Shown one piece after another: positions 1 to 6,625 of a DNA stretch of 10,458 nucleotides. The DNA is taken from NCBI GenBank assembly GCA_038231435.1, contig JBBRLJ010000073.1, positions 1 through 10,458 of the forward strand. Reading direction: 5' to 3'. Position 1 is the first letter of the stretch. The number at the start of each line of letters is the position of its first letter. Below the pieces are notes generated by a model. It was given only the letters and a program-made list of their open reading frames with translations, did not search any database and had not been told where the DNA came from. The translations under genes and the position numbers were made by a program. This DNA is from Planctomycetota bacterium (GTDB taxonomy: Bacteria; Planctomycetota; UBA11346).

Positions 1-3
1 ACC

Positions 4-87
4 CGCGATGGGCATCGGGGTCAAGGCTGGCCGCCCCGGCCACCGCGGTTCCTCCGCGGCATGGCCTTGACGCCGATGACGATCGCG
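4..87. repeat. Long imperfect inverted repeat enclosing two small hairpins (three-way-junction fold)
   Basis: 4-27 (cgcgatgggcatcggggtcaaggc) matches the reverse complement of 64-87 at 21/24 positions. Internal hairpins are tggccg-ccc-cggcca (28-42) and ccgcgg-ttcct-ccgcgg (43-59). Confidence 0.75.
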
Positions 88-158
88 ACAATCGGAGCTA
101 GGAGACTGAGGATTGGGAGAAGCCGGAGATGGATGGATCCGCATGCCGATCTACCGCG

Positions 159-298
159 ATCCGACGTCCGCTACCCGACGTCCGCTGTCCGCCCTCCGCC
201 TTCCGCTGACAGCCGACAGCGGACAGCGGACAGCCGACAGCCGACAGCCGACAGCGGACAGCGGACAGCGGACAGCGGACAGCGGACAGCGGACAGCA
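159..298. repeat. Heptamer tandem array: 13 x GACAGC(G/C/A) at 208-298, preceded in the same 7-bp phase by 7 degenerate (G)TCCGC(T/C)-type units at 159-207 that are its approximate reverse complement
   Basis: Counted directly: 91 bp = 13 x 7. tccgctgtccgc (181-192) is the reverse complement of gcggacagcgga in the array. Confidence 0.95.
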
Positions 299-420
299 GA
301 TCATTGTGGACCCATTGCAGCACCCACCCCAGCGCTCCCTCCCCCTTCCCCCCGCCTTCCCTCCGCTAACCTCCCCTCCTCCCCCGCCCCGGATAAACCG
401 GGCTTCACCGGAAAGAGCGC

Positions 421-1488
421 ATGGCCACTCCCCCCACCACCTCCACCCCCAAACCCTTCAAGCTCGGCATCATCGGCGCCGGCGGCATCGCCCACGCCCA
501 TATCACGAACATCAAGAAGGTCGCGGGCGTCGAGATCGTCTGCGTCGCCGACATCAGCGAAAAGGCGCTCGCGAGCATGAAGGAGAAGTACGGCGTCCGT
601 ACCTATTCCGACTACAAGGAGATGCTGGCGAAGGAGAAGGAGATCGACGCGGTGAGCGTGTGCACGCCCAACGGCCTGCACTCCGAGAACACCATCGCCG
701 CGCTCAACGCCGGCAAGCACGTGATCGTCGAGAAGCCGATGGCGATGAGCGCCAAGGAAGGCCAGGCCATGCTCGACGCCGCCAAGAAGGCCGGCAAGCA
801 ACTGGTGGTCGGCTTCCAGTACCGCTTCGACGGCAAGACCCAGGTGATCAAGAAGCAGGTCGACGACGGTGTCTTCGGCAAGGTCATGTACATGCGCTGC
901 CAGGCCCTGCGCCGCCGCGGAATCCCCAACTGGGGCGTGTTCGGCCGCAAGGATCTACAGGGCGGCGGTCCGATGATCGACATCGGCGTGCACGTCATGG
1001 AGATGGCGCACTACGTGATGGGCTCGCCCAAGCCCATCGCGGCAAGCGGCAACTGCTGGACCTACCTTGGCAACAAGCCGATGGAGGCGCTCACCGGCTG
1101 GGCCAACTGGGATCACAAGAGCTACACCGTCGAGGATCTCGCGGTCGGTCTGATCCGCTTCGACAACGGCTCGCTGCTGTCGATCGAGGCGAGCTTCGCC
1201 GCGCACATCGAGAAGGACGTGTGGAACTTCACCATGATGGGTGAGAAGGGCGGCGCCTCGTGGGATCCGTGCGAGATCTACAAGGACGAGCACGGCTACA
1301 TGTTCAACGAGAAGCCGTTCTACATCGGCGGCGGCGACATCTTCGAAGCCAAGATGAAGCACTTCGTCGAGGTCTGCCGCGACGGCGCGCCGAACGTGTC
1401 CTCGGGCGAACACGGCCTGATGGTCCAGAAGATGCTCGACGGCGTCTACGCGAGCGCCGCCAAGGGCGGCGAAGTCATCATTAATTAG
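421..1488 (+). CDS. Gfo/Idh/MocA family NAD(P)-dependent oxidoreductase (355 aa)
   Basis: Rossmann motif LGIIGAGGIA, VCTPNGLH, family motif GKHVIVEKPMA, GFQYRF, and C-domain GGGPMIDIGVH. Strong GC3 codon bias. Confidence 0.95.
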   Translation: MATPPTTSTPKPFKLGIIGAGGIAHAHITNIKKVAGVEIVCVADISEKALASMKEKYGVRTYSDYKEMLAKEKEIDAVSVCTPNGLHSENTIAALNAGKHVIVEKPMAMSAKEGQAMLDAAKKAGKQLVVGFQYRFDGKTQVIKKQVDDGVFGKVMYMRCQALRRRGIPNWGVFGRKDLQGGGPMIDIGVHVMEMAHYVMGSPKPIAASGNCWTYLGNKPMEALTGWANWDHKSYTVEDLAVGLIRFDNGSLLSIEASFAAHIEKDVWNFTMMGEKGGASWDPCEIYKDEHGYMFNEKPFYIGGGDIFEAKMKHFVEVCRDGAPNVSSGEHGLMVQKMLDGVYASAAKGGEVIIN

Positions 1489-2050
1489 AGCCCGCTGCTG
1501 CCCCGCCCTCCGACCCTGCCCCCTGATTCCCGGGGGGCAGGCCGGAGGCCGTTGTTGGGGGGCCGTAGTCCCCCAACTGAGAGTTTTTGGCGACGTCCTT
1601 CGTCTTTTCGGGCTTATCGACACTCGGCTTGGGGTCGGTCTTCGTCAGCCCGGTGAAGCCCTGGAAATGCACGCCCATCGACACCGCCTTGGCGGGGAAG
1701 CCGAACCATTCGACGGTCTCCAGCGGCAGCACGACGATGCCGCCCTCGAGATCCTCATCGCCGTAGATCTCGAGCGTCACCTGACAGGTGTCGAGATCGA
1801 TGCCGGTGATCCGCTTCACGCAGAAGCTCTGCGAGCCGACCAGGTTGGCGTGCAGGAAGCAGCTGCCCTCGGGAAAGGTCTCGCTGTCGAGCTGGTTCTG
1901 GATCTCGATCAGCTTGCCGACGCGCTGCGACTGCAGCCAGAGCTGGGGGCGCTCCTCCTGGAAGCGTTCCAGGGCCATCTGCTGTTTGAACTCGGCGAGG
2001 TGCTGTTCCTTGACCGACTCGTCCTTCGGGTCCTTCGGGCGCTTGGGCAT
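1481..2050 (-). CDS. Hypothetical protein (189 aa, MPKRPKDPKD...), possible Sm/LSm-like beta-barrel core; C-terminal tail encoded by a repeat element
   Basis: ATG at 2050 with GAAGGA 7 nt upstream. Coding-like codon bias and normal amino-acid composition. Stop TAA at 1483-1481 overlaps the 3' end of the convergent oxidoreductase gene by 8 bp. Confidence 0.8.
   Translation of the reverse strand: MPKRPKDPKDESVKEQHLAEFKQQMALERFQEERPQLWLQSQRVGKLIEIQNQLDSETFPEGSCFLHANLVGSQSFCVKRITGIDLDTCQVTLEIYGDEDLEGGIVVLPLETVEWFGFPAKAVSMGVHFQGFTGLTKTDPKPSVDKPEKTKDVAKNSQLGDYGPPTTASGLPPGNQGAGSEGGAAAGSN
1527..1580 (+). repeat. REP/MITE-like palindromic repeat, copy 1 (54-bp core)
   Basis: ttcccggggggcaggccggaggccgttgttggggggccgtagtcccccaactga matches 3431-3484 except for one base (gtt vs gat). 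Contains GGCC-GGA-GGCC and a GTTGGGGG/CCCCCAAC hairpin (1554-1577). Confidence 0.92.
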
Positions 2051-2267
2051 GTCGAAATCCTTCACCGAGGTGCTGCCGCCATGCTCGCCTAGGAGCCTTG
2101 GCAGGGAAAGGGCTACTCTCGGATGCTTGTTTATAGGGCAAGGGTGTTCGACCCATGCGTTTTGGCAATGGATCAACCCCCGCTTGGGTGTGCCGGCGTG
2201 CATAGGGCGCCAGATTAGGTGGCCACCTCGGCCTCGGCCGCACACTGGCCGGTCAATCGAGGTCACC

Positions 2268-3341
2268 ATGAGCGCACGCGTCTTCAACTTCAGCGCCGGC
2301 CCGGCCATGCTCCCCACCGAGGTCCTCGAGGCCTCGGCCAAGGCCCTGGTCGATTTCCAGGGCAAGGGCCTGGGCATCGCCGAAGTCAGCCATCGTGGCA
2401 AGGAGTTCGACGGAGTCCTCGACGAGGCCATCGCGCTCTGCCGGAAGCTGATGGGTGTGCCGGATACTCACGACGTGGTCTTCCTGCAGGGCGGCGCCAC
2501 CCAGCTCTTCACCACCATCCCGATGAACTTCCTCAAAGGTTCGGCCGACTACGTGGTCACCGGCGAATGGGCGAAGAAGGCTGCCGAGGCGGCCAAGCCC
2601 TACGGTACCGTCAACGTCCTCGCCAGCAGCGAGGCCACCGGCTTCGACCGCATCCCGACCGACTGGAAGCAGAACACGGATGCCAGCTACCTGCACATCT
2701 GCACCAACAACACCATCTACGGCACGCGCTGGTCGACGATCCCCAGCCACCCGAATCTGATCGCCGACGTCAGCTCGGAGTACATGGCCCGCGTCATGGA
2801 CGTGTCCAAGTACGCGCTCATCTACGGCGGCGCGCAGAAGAACCTCGGCCCCTCGGGCGTGGTGCTGGCGATCGTGCGCAAGGACCTCTATCCGCGCATC
2901 CCGAAGACCGTGCCCGGCATCTTCAACTTCCAGAAGCACGCCGAGGCCAAGTCGTGCATCAACACACCGCCGACTTTCGGCATCTACATCCTGCTCGAGA
3001 CCTTCCGCTGGCTCGATCGCCAGGGCGGCATCGGTGCGATGGAAAAGCTTAACGAGCAGAAGGCCACGGTCGTCTACGACGCCATCGACCGGCTGAGCCA
3101 CTTCTACAAAGCCACGGTCAGCGACATCCCAAATCGCAGCCGCATGAACATCACCTTCCGCCTGCCTTCGGAGGAACTGACCGAGAAGTTCCTCAAGGAA
3201 GCCGAGAAGCAGCGGATGGTGGCGCTCAAGGGTTACCGCACCGTCGGCGGCATCCGCGCCTCGATCTACAACGCCATGCCGCTCGCGGGCTGCGAGGCGC
3301 TGGCCGCTCACATGGCTGCGTTCGCGAAGGCGAACGGCTAG
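2268..3341 (+). CDS. serC: Phosphoserine aminotransferase (357 aa)
   Basis: N-terminal FNFSAGPA, SHR, LQGGAT, TGEWAKKA, ADVSS, PLP-lysine motif GAQKNLGPSG, NTPPTF and RTVGGIRASIYNA. GAGG lies upstream of the ATG at 2268. Confidence 0.97.
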   Translation: MSARVFNFSAGPAMLPTEVLEASAKALVDFQGKGLGIAEVSHRGKEFDGVLDEAIALCRKLMGVPDTHDVVFLQGGATQLFTTIPMNFLKGSADYVVTGEWAKKAAEAAKPYGTVNVLASSEATGFDRIPTDWKQNTDASYLHICTNNTIYGTRWSTIPSHPNLIADVSSEYMARVMDVSKYALIYGGAQKNLGPSGVVLAIVRKDLYPRIPKTVPGIFNFQKHAEAKSCINTPPTFGIYILLETFRWLDRQGGIGAMEKLNEQKATVVYDAIDRLSHFYKATVSDIPNRSRMNITFRLPSEELTEKFLKEAEKQRMVALKGYRTVGGIRASIYNAMPLAGCEALAAHMAAFAKANG

Positions 3342-3380
3342 GACGGCGGAAGAAGACGGAAGGAGCAGCGAGCAGCAGAA

Positions 3381-3599
3381 AGCAGAAAGCAGACGATCAT
3401 TTCGGCCCCTTCGCCAACCCTGCTCGTTTTTTCCCGGGGGGCAGGCCGGAGGCCGATGTTGGGGGGCCGTAGTCCCCCAACTGACAGCAGAAAGCAGACG
3501 ATCATTTCGGCCCCTTCGCCAACCCTGCTCGTTTTTTCCCGGGGGGCAGGCCGGAGGCCGATGTTGGGGGCCGTAGTCCCCCAACTGACAGCAGAAAGC
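3381..3599 (+). repeat. Tandem duplication of the REP/MITE-like element, copies 2 and 3 (3381-3485, 3486-3589), plus a terminal 10-bp agcagaaagc
   Basis: Units of 105 and 104 bp are identical except for the G-run length in the hairpin (G6 vs G5). agcagaaagc occurs at 3374, 3381, 3486 and 3590. Confidence 0.96.
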
Positions 3600-3627
3600 G
3601 CCTGGATCGAGCGGATCCATGTCAACC

Positions 3628-3684
3628 GTTTTCGCCTCTGCACTTTTCGCTCTGTGCTTTCCGCTCTGTGCTTTCCGCTCAGCA
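3628..3684. repeat. Degenerate pyrimidine-rich heptamer/14-mer array (ctctgtg ctttccg)n
   Basis: cgctctgtgctttc occurs twice, with degenerate units on both sides. Roughly complementary to the purine-rich gcagaaa/gcggaag units at about 3342-3395. Confidence 0.7.
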
Positions 3685-3777
3685 CATCCCTTCTCCCTTG
3701 CCTATTCTCGCCACCGATTCGGATCCGCGCTCCCGCACATCGTCACGCCAACCGCGTACAACCCCAAGGACTCCTCC

Positions 3778-4815
3778 ATGCCCAGCAAGCCAGCCAGCCC
3801 CAAGGACATCACCGTCGGCGTCGTCGGATACGGCGGCGCGTTCAACATGGGGAAGCAGCACCTCGAGGAGATGCGCAAGGCAGGCATGACCCCGACGGCG
3901 GTGGTCGAGGTTGACGCCGCGCGGCTCGAGGTCGCCAAGAAGGATTTTCCGGGCATCGAGACCTACGCCACCGTCGAGGAGCTGGCGAAGTCCTCGAAGG
4001 TGAGCCTGGTCACCATCATCACGCCCCACAACACCCATGCCCCGCTCGCGCTAACCTGCCTCAACGCCGGCAAGCACGTGGTGTGCGAGAAACCGTTCGC
4101 GATCACCACCGAGGAATGCGATCAGATGATCGCCGCCGCGAAGAAAAATGGCACGATGGTCTCGACCTATCACAACCGCCACTGGGATGGCTGCATCCTC
4201 AAGGCGGTCGAGCTCGCCCAGGCCGGCGCGATCGGCGACATCATCCGCATCGACGCGCACATGGGCGGCCATGGCCAGCCCGGCGACTGGTGGCGCACCA
4301 GCAAGTCGATCTCGGGCGGCATCCTCTATGACTGGGGCGTCCACCTGCTCGAGTACTCGCTGCAGCTGATCAAGTCCGACGTCACCGAGGTCTGCGGCTT
4401 CGCCAAGAAGGGCTTCTGGGCCGACAAGACCAAGTGGAAAGCCGACACCAACGAAGACGAGGGCTTCGCCATCGTGCGCTTCGCGAGCGGCGCGTGGATC
4501 TCGCTGCGCATCTCCTCGATCGATGCCAATCCGCAGCGCGGCTTCCTCGACATCACCGGCACCAAGGGCTCGCTGCTGATCGACTGGGGTGGCTACGAGC
4601 TCACTGTCCCCGGCGAGAAGGGCCAGACCGTCATCACCAAGGGCAAGCATCCCGACAGCCAGGGTCACGAGTTCTACAAGAACATCGCCGATCACCTGGT
4701 CGGCGGCGCGAAGCTGGTGATCACCCCCGAATGGGCGCGCCGCCCGATCCACATCCTCGATCTCGCCGGCAAGAGCGCGATCGCCGGGAAGAGCCTGCCG
4801 ACTACGTATAAATAA
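3778..4815 (+). CDS. Gfo/Idh/MocA family NAD(P)-dependent oxidoreductase (345 aa)
   Basis: VGVVGYGG Rossmann motif, ITPHNTH, GKHVVCEKPFA, YHNRHWDG and GGILYDWGVHLLE. AAGGA lies 7 nt before the ATG at 3778. Confidence 0.95.
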   Translation: MPSKPASPKDITVGVVGYGGAFNMGKQHLEEMRKAGMTPTAVVEVDAARLEVAKKDFPGIETYATVEELAKSSKVSLVTIITPHNTHAPLALTCLNAGKHVVCEKPFAITTEECDQMIAAAKKNGTMVSTYHNRHWDGCILKAVELAQAGAIGDIIRIDAHMGGHGQPGDWWRTSKSISGGILYDWGVHLLEYSLQLIKSDVTEVCGFAKKGFWADKTKWKADTNEDEGFAIVRFASGAWISLRISSIDANPQRGFLDITGTKGSLLIDWGGYELTVPGEKGQTVITKGKHPDSQGHEFYKNIADHLVGGAKLVITPEWARRPIHILDLAGKSAIAGKSLPTTYK

Positions 4816-4820
4816 CCGAC

Positions 4821-5753
4821 CTAGACCGAGGCTGGACGCGCGAGGAAATCGCGCGCCAGCAGCTCGGCGCGCCGGAGCAGGTCCGGCGCGTCGCCGGGCA
4901 GCCAGGCGATGTCGCTCCAGCGCCGGTACCAGGTGCACTGGTGGCGCGCGAGCTGGCGGGTGTTGCGCGAGACCAGGTAGATCGCGCGTTCGACATCGTG
5001 GTGATGGTCGAGCACGCCGAGCACCTCCTTGTAGCCGACTGCCTGCAGAGCCTCTGGGCCCAGACGCTCTCGCAGGCGCGAGACCTCGTCGACCAAGCCG
5101 CCGGCGAACATCTCTCGCACGCGGCGGTTGATGCGTTGATGCAGGGCAGGGCGTTCCCACTGCAGGCCGATGATCAGCGGGGCGTAATCAGGGCGACGCA
5201 CGCCGTCGGTGGTGTGGAAGCTGGAGTACGGCTTGCCAGTGAGCGCGAAGACCTCGAGCGCACGCACCACGCGTTTCTCATCGTTGGCGTGGCGCTGAGC
5301 GGCGTAGTCGGGATCGACGCGCGTGAGCTCTGCGAACAGCGCCTGTGGCCCCTCGTCCACGAAACGCCGATGCAGCTTCTCGCGCAGCGCGTCGTCGCGC
5401 GGCGGGCCGGCCGAGAGTCCTTCGAGCAGCGCTTTGGCGTAGAGCGGGCTGCCGCCGGCGACGATGGGGATCTTGCCGCGCGCGGCGATGTCGGCGATCG
5501 CGGCCTCGGCCAGTCCCAGCCAGCGGTTGACGTCGCAGCGCTCGGTCGGCTCCATGCACGACACCAGGTGGTGCGGAACGCTGGCGAGATCCGCGGCGGT
5601 CGGCTTGGCGGTGCCGATGTCCATGCCGCGGTAGACCGCCATGGCGTCGGCGCTGACGATCTCGCCACCCAGCGCGCGGGCGAGCGCCAGCGCGAGCGCC
5701 GATTTCCCAGACGCCGTCGCGCCCACCACCATCACCAGGCGCCGTGCGCTCAT
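4821..5753 (-). CDS. miaA: tRNA dimethylallyltransferase (tRNA i6A37 synthase, 310 aa)
   Basis: P-loop GATASGKS, EIVSAD..VYRGMDIGTAKP, VPHHL, PIVAGGSPLY, RVVRALEV, AVGYKE and RHQCTWYRR. Confidence 0.97.
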   Translation of the reverse strand: MSARRLVMVVGATASGKSALALALARALGGEIVSADAMAVYRGMDIGTAKPTAADLASVPHHLVSCMEPTERCDVNRWLGLAEAAIADIAARGKIPIVAGGSPLYAKALLEGLSAGPPRDDALREKLHRRFVDEGPQALFAELTRVDPDYAAQRHANDEKRVVRALEVFALTGKPYSSFHTTDGVRRPDYAPLIIGLQWERPALHQRINRRVREMFAGGLVDEVSRLRERLGPEALQAVGYKEVLGVLDHHHDVERAIYLVSRNTRQLARHQCTWYRRWSDIAWLPGDAPDLLRRAELLARDFLARPASV

Positions 5754-5889
5754 GCGCGCACCTTGGCGACGCGGCTGCTGGCGCCAGCGGCGCCTGCTGA
5801 TGGCGATGTCGATAGTGATAGACGCGACTGTCGAACCCAGTCATAGCTCGCGTCCGTTGCATGCCTGCTCGCCGGGCGAGGATCATCCC

Positions 5890-6621
5890 ATGGACCGCGC
5901 TGAGATCCTCGCCGAACACGCGCTGCCCGCCCCGCCGGCATGGACGCGCACCGAGAGCTGGCTGTCCGGCGTGCCCGACCTGCCGCCGCGCACCGCGCGC
6001 GACCTCCTGCGCTGCGCCACCATCCTCGCCGAGGCTGCCGCCGGAAACGTCACCGAGCGTGCTCGAGCTGATGTCGCGCTCGATCTACCGACGCTGCGGA
6101 CACGGCTTGGCGGCACGACCCTCGCCGCGCTCGCGCTGGCGCTGTGGCTGCCCGCGACCCTGCCCGAAGTTGCTGGCTACGCCACGCGACGTGGTTGGCG
6201 CCACGGCTTCGCGGTGGCGGTGGTGGCCTCGTCGCTGGCGCCCGACGATGGCGGCGAGATCTGGCGTGACGCCATGGGTGAAGCCGCGGCGCGTCTGATG
6301 CTGGCGGGACGCGGACCGATGGCACCCGAGGCGGCGGTCGCCGATCCCGATCGAGCGCTGATTGAGCTCGGGGCTCTGATCGCGGGCGAACAAAAGACCG
6401 CTGGCGGCTCGCGCGCAAACGACGCGCGCACGGTTGCCGCATGGCTGTTGGCGCAGAAGCGCATGCTGGCGCCGCCGGGGACCCACGATCCGTCGCTCGC
6501 GCCCGCGACCCTCGCTGGGCTCGGACTCGGGCCCGACGCGCTGGTGGCGGTGATCGCAGCACTGTCGGCATCGGTCGAGCGCGCGCGGCGCTTGTCCACC
6601 ATCGCCCTGGAGCGACGCTGA
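5890..6621 (+). CDS. Hypothetical Ala/Leu-rich helical protein, degenerate HDOD-like (243 aa)
   Basis: ATG at 5890 preceded by GAGGA; stop lies 4 nt before the ABC ATPase start. LPAPP...LLRCA...RLG..TLAALAL...WRHGFAVAVVASSLA follows the HDOD motif order. Family call is tentative. Confidence 0.65.
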   Translation: MDRAEILAEHALPAPPAWTRTESWLSGVPDLPPRTARDLLRCATILAEAAAGNVTERARADVALDLPTLRTRLGGTTLAALALALWLPATLPEVAGYATRRGWRHGFAVAVVASSLAPDDGGEIWRDAMGEAAARLMLAGRGPMAPEAAVADPDRALIELGALIAGEQKTAGGSRANDARTVAAWLLAQKRMLAPPGTHDPSLAPATLAGLGLGPDALVAVIAALSASVERARRLSTIALERR

Positions 6622-6625
6622 GCGG

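Noticed and set aside
61..580. ORFs 61-369, 98-304 and 113-580 with RTADSGQ / CPLSAVR repeats
   Set aside because: These are translations of the stop-free 7-bp DNA array and the C-tract, with no RBS or coding-like composition.
1788..2267. 160-aa N-terminal extension of SerC in the ORF track
   Set aside because: It overlaps the minus-strand gene, and SerC homology begins at MSARVFNFSAGP (2268), which has its own GAGG.
2051..2267. Possible riboswitch or leader RNA upstream of serC
   Set aside because: This is a relatively AT-richer divergent promoter region, but I could not identify any known aptamer consensus or a terminator/antiterminator pair. An Rfam scan would be needed.
2051..2431. Upstream extension of the minus-strand hypothetical to 316 aa
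   Set aside because: It overlaps serC antisense and the intergenic region. The RBS and coding-like composition begin at ATG 2050.
3381..3599. Possible CRISPR array (repeats with ~30-bp intervening segments)
   Set aside because: The intervening segments are identical between the tandem units and visibly homologous in copy 4. The period is 105 bp, there are only two units, and no cas genes are present.
2253..3620. Long antisense or alternate-frame ORFs (e.g. 2253-3620 -, 306-1244 +, 4051-5160 -, 4941-5846 +, 6050-7495 -, 7977-9011 +, 9571-10449 -)
   Set aside because: These are shadow ORFs expected from high GC3 bias. They overlap well-supported genes and have no family motifs.
3619..3777. 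N-terminal extension of the second oxidoreductase
   Set aside because: It runs through the pyrimidine heptamer repeat, and the AAGGA RBS supports ATG 3778 just before the Rossmann motif.
5620..5655. MiaA motif variant DAMAVY instead of DSMQVY as a sign of inactivation
   Set aside because: The catalytic Asp, P-loop, GTAKP and the remaining motifs are intact and the ORF is full length, so this is most likely ordinary divergence.
5775..5854. Palindromes in the miaA / HDOD-like divergent gap (gctgctggcgccagcggc; gacgcga...tcgcgtc)
   Set aside because: They are short, GC-rich and single-copy, match no operator I recognise, and are compatible with chance.
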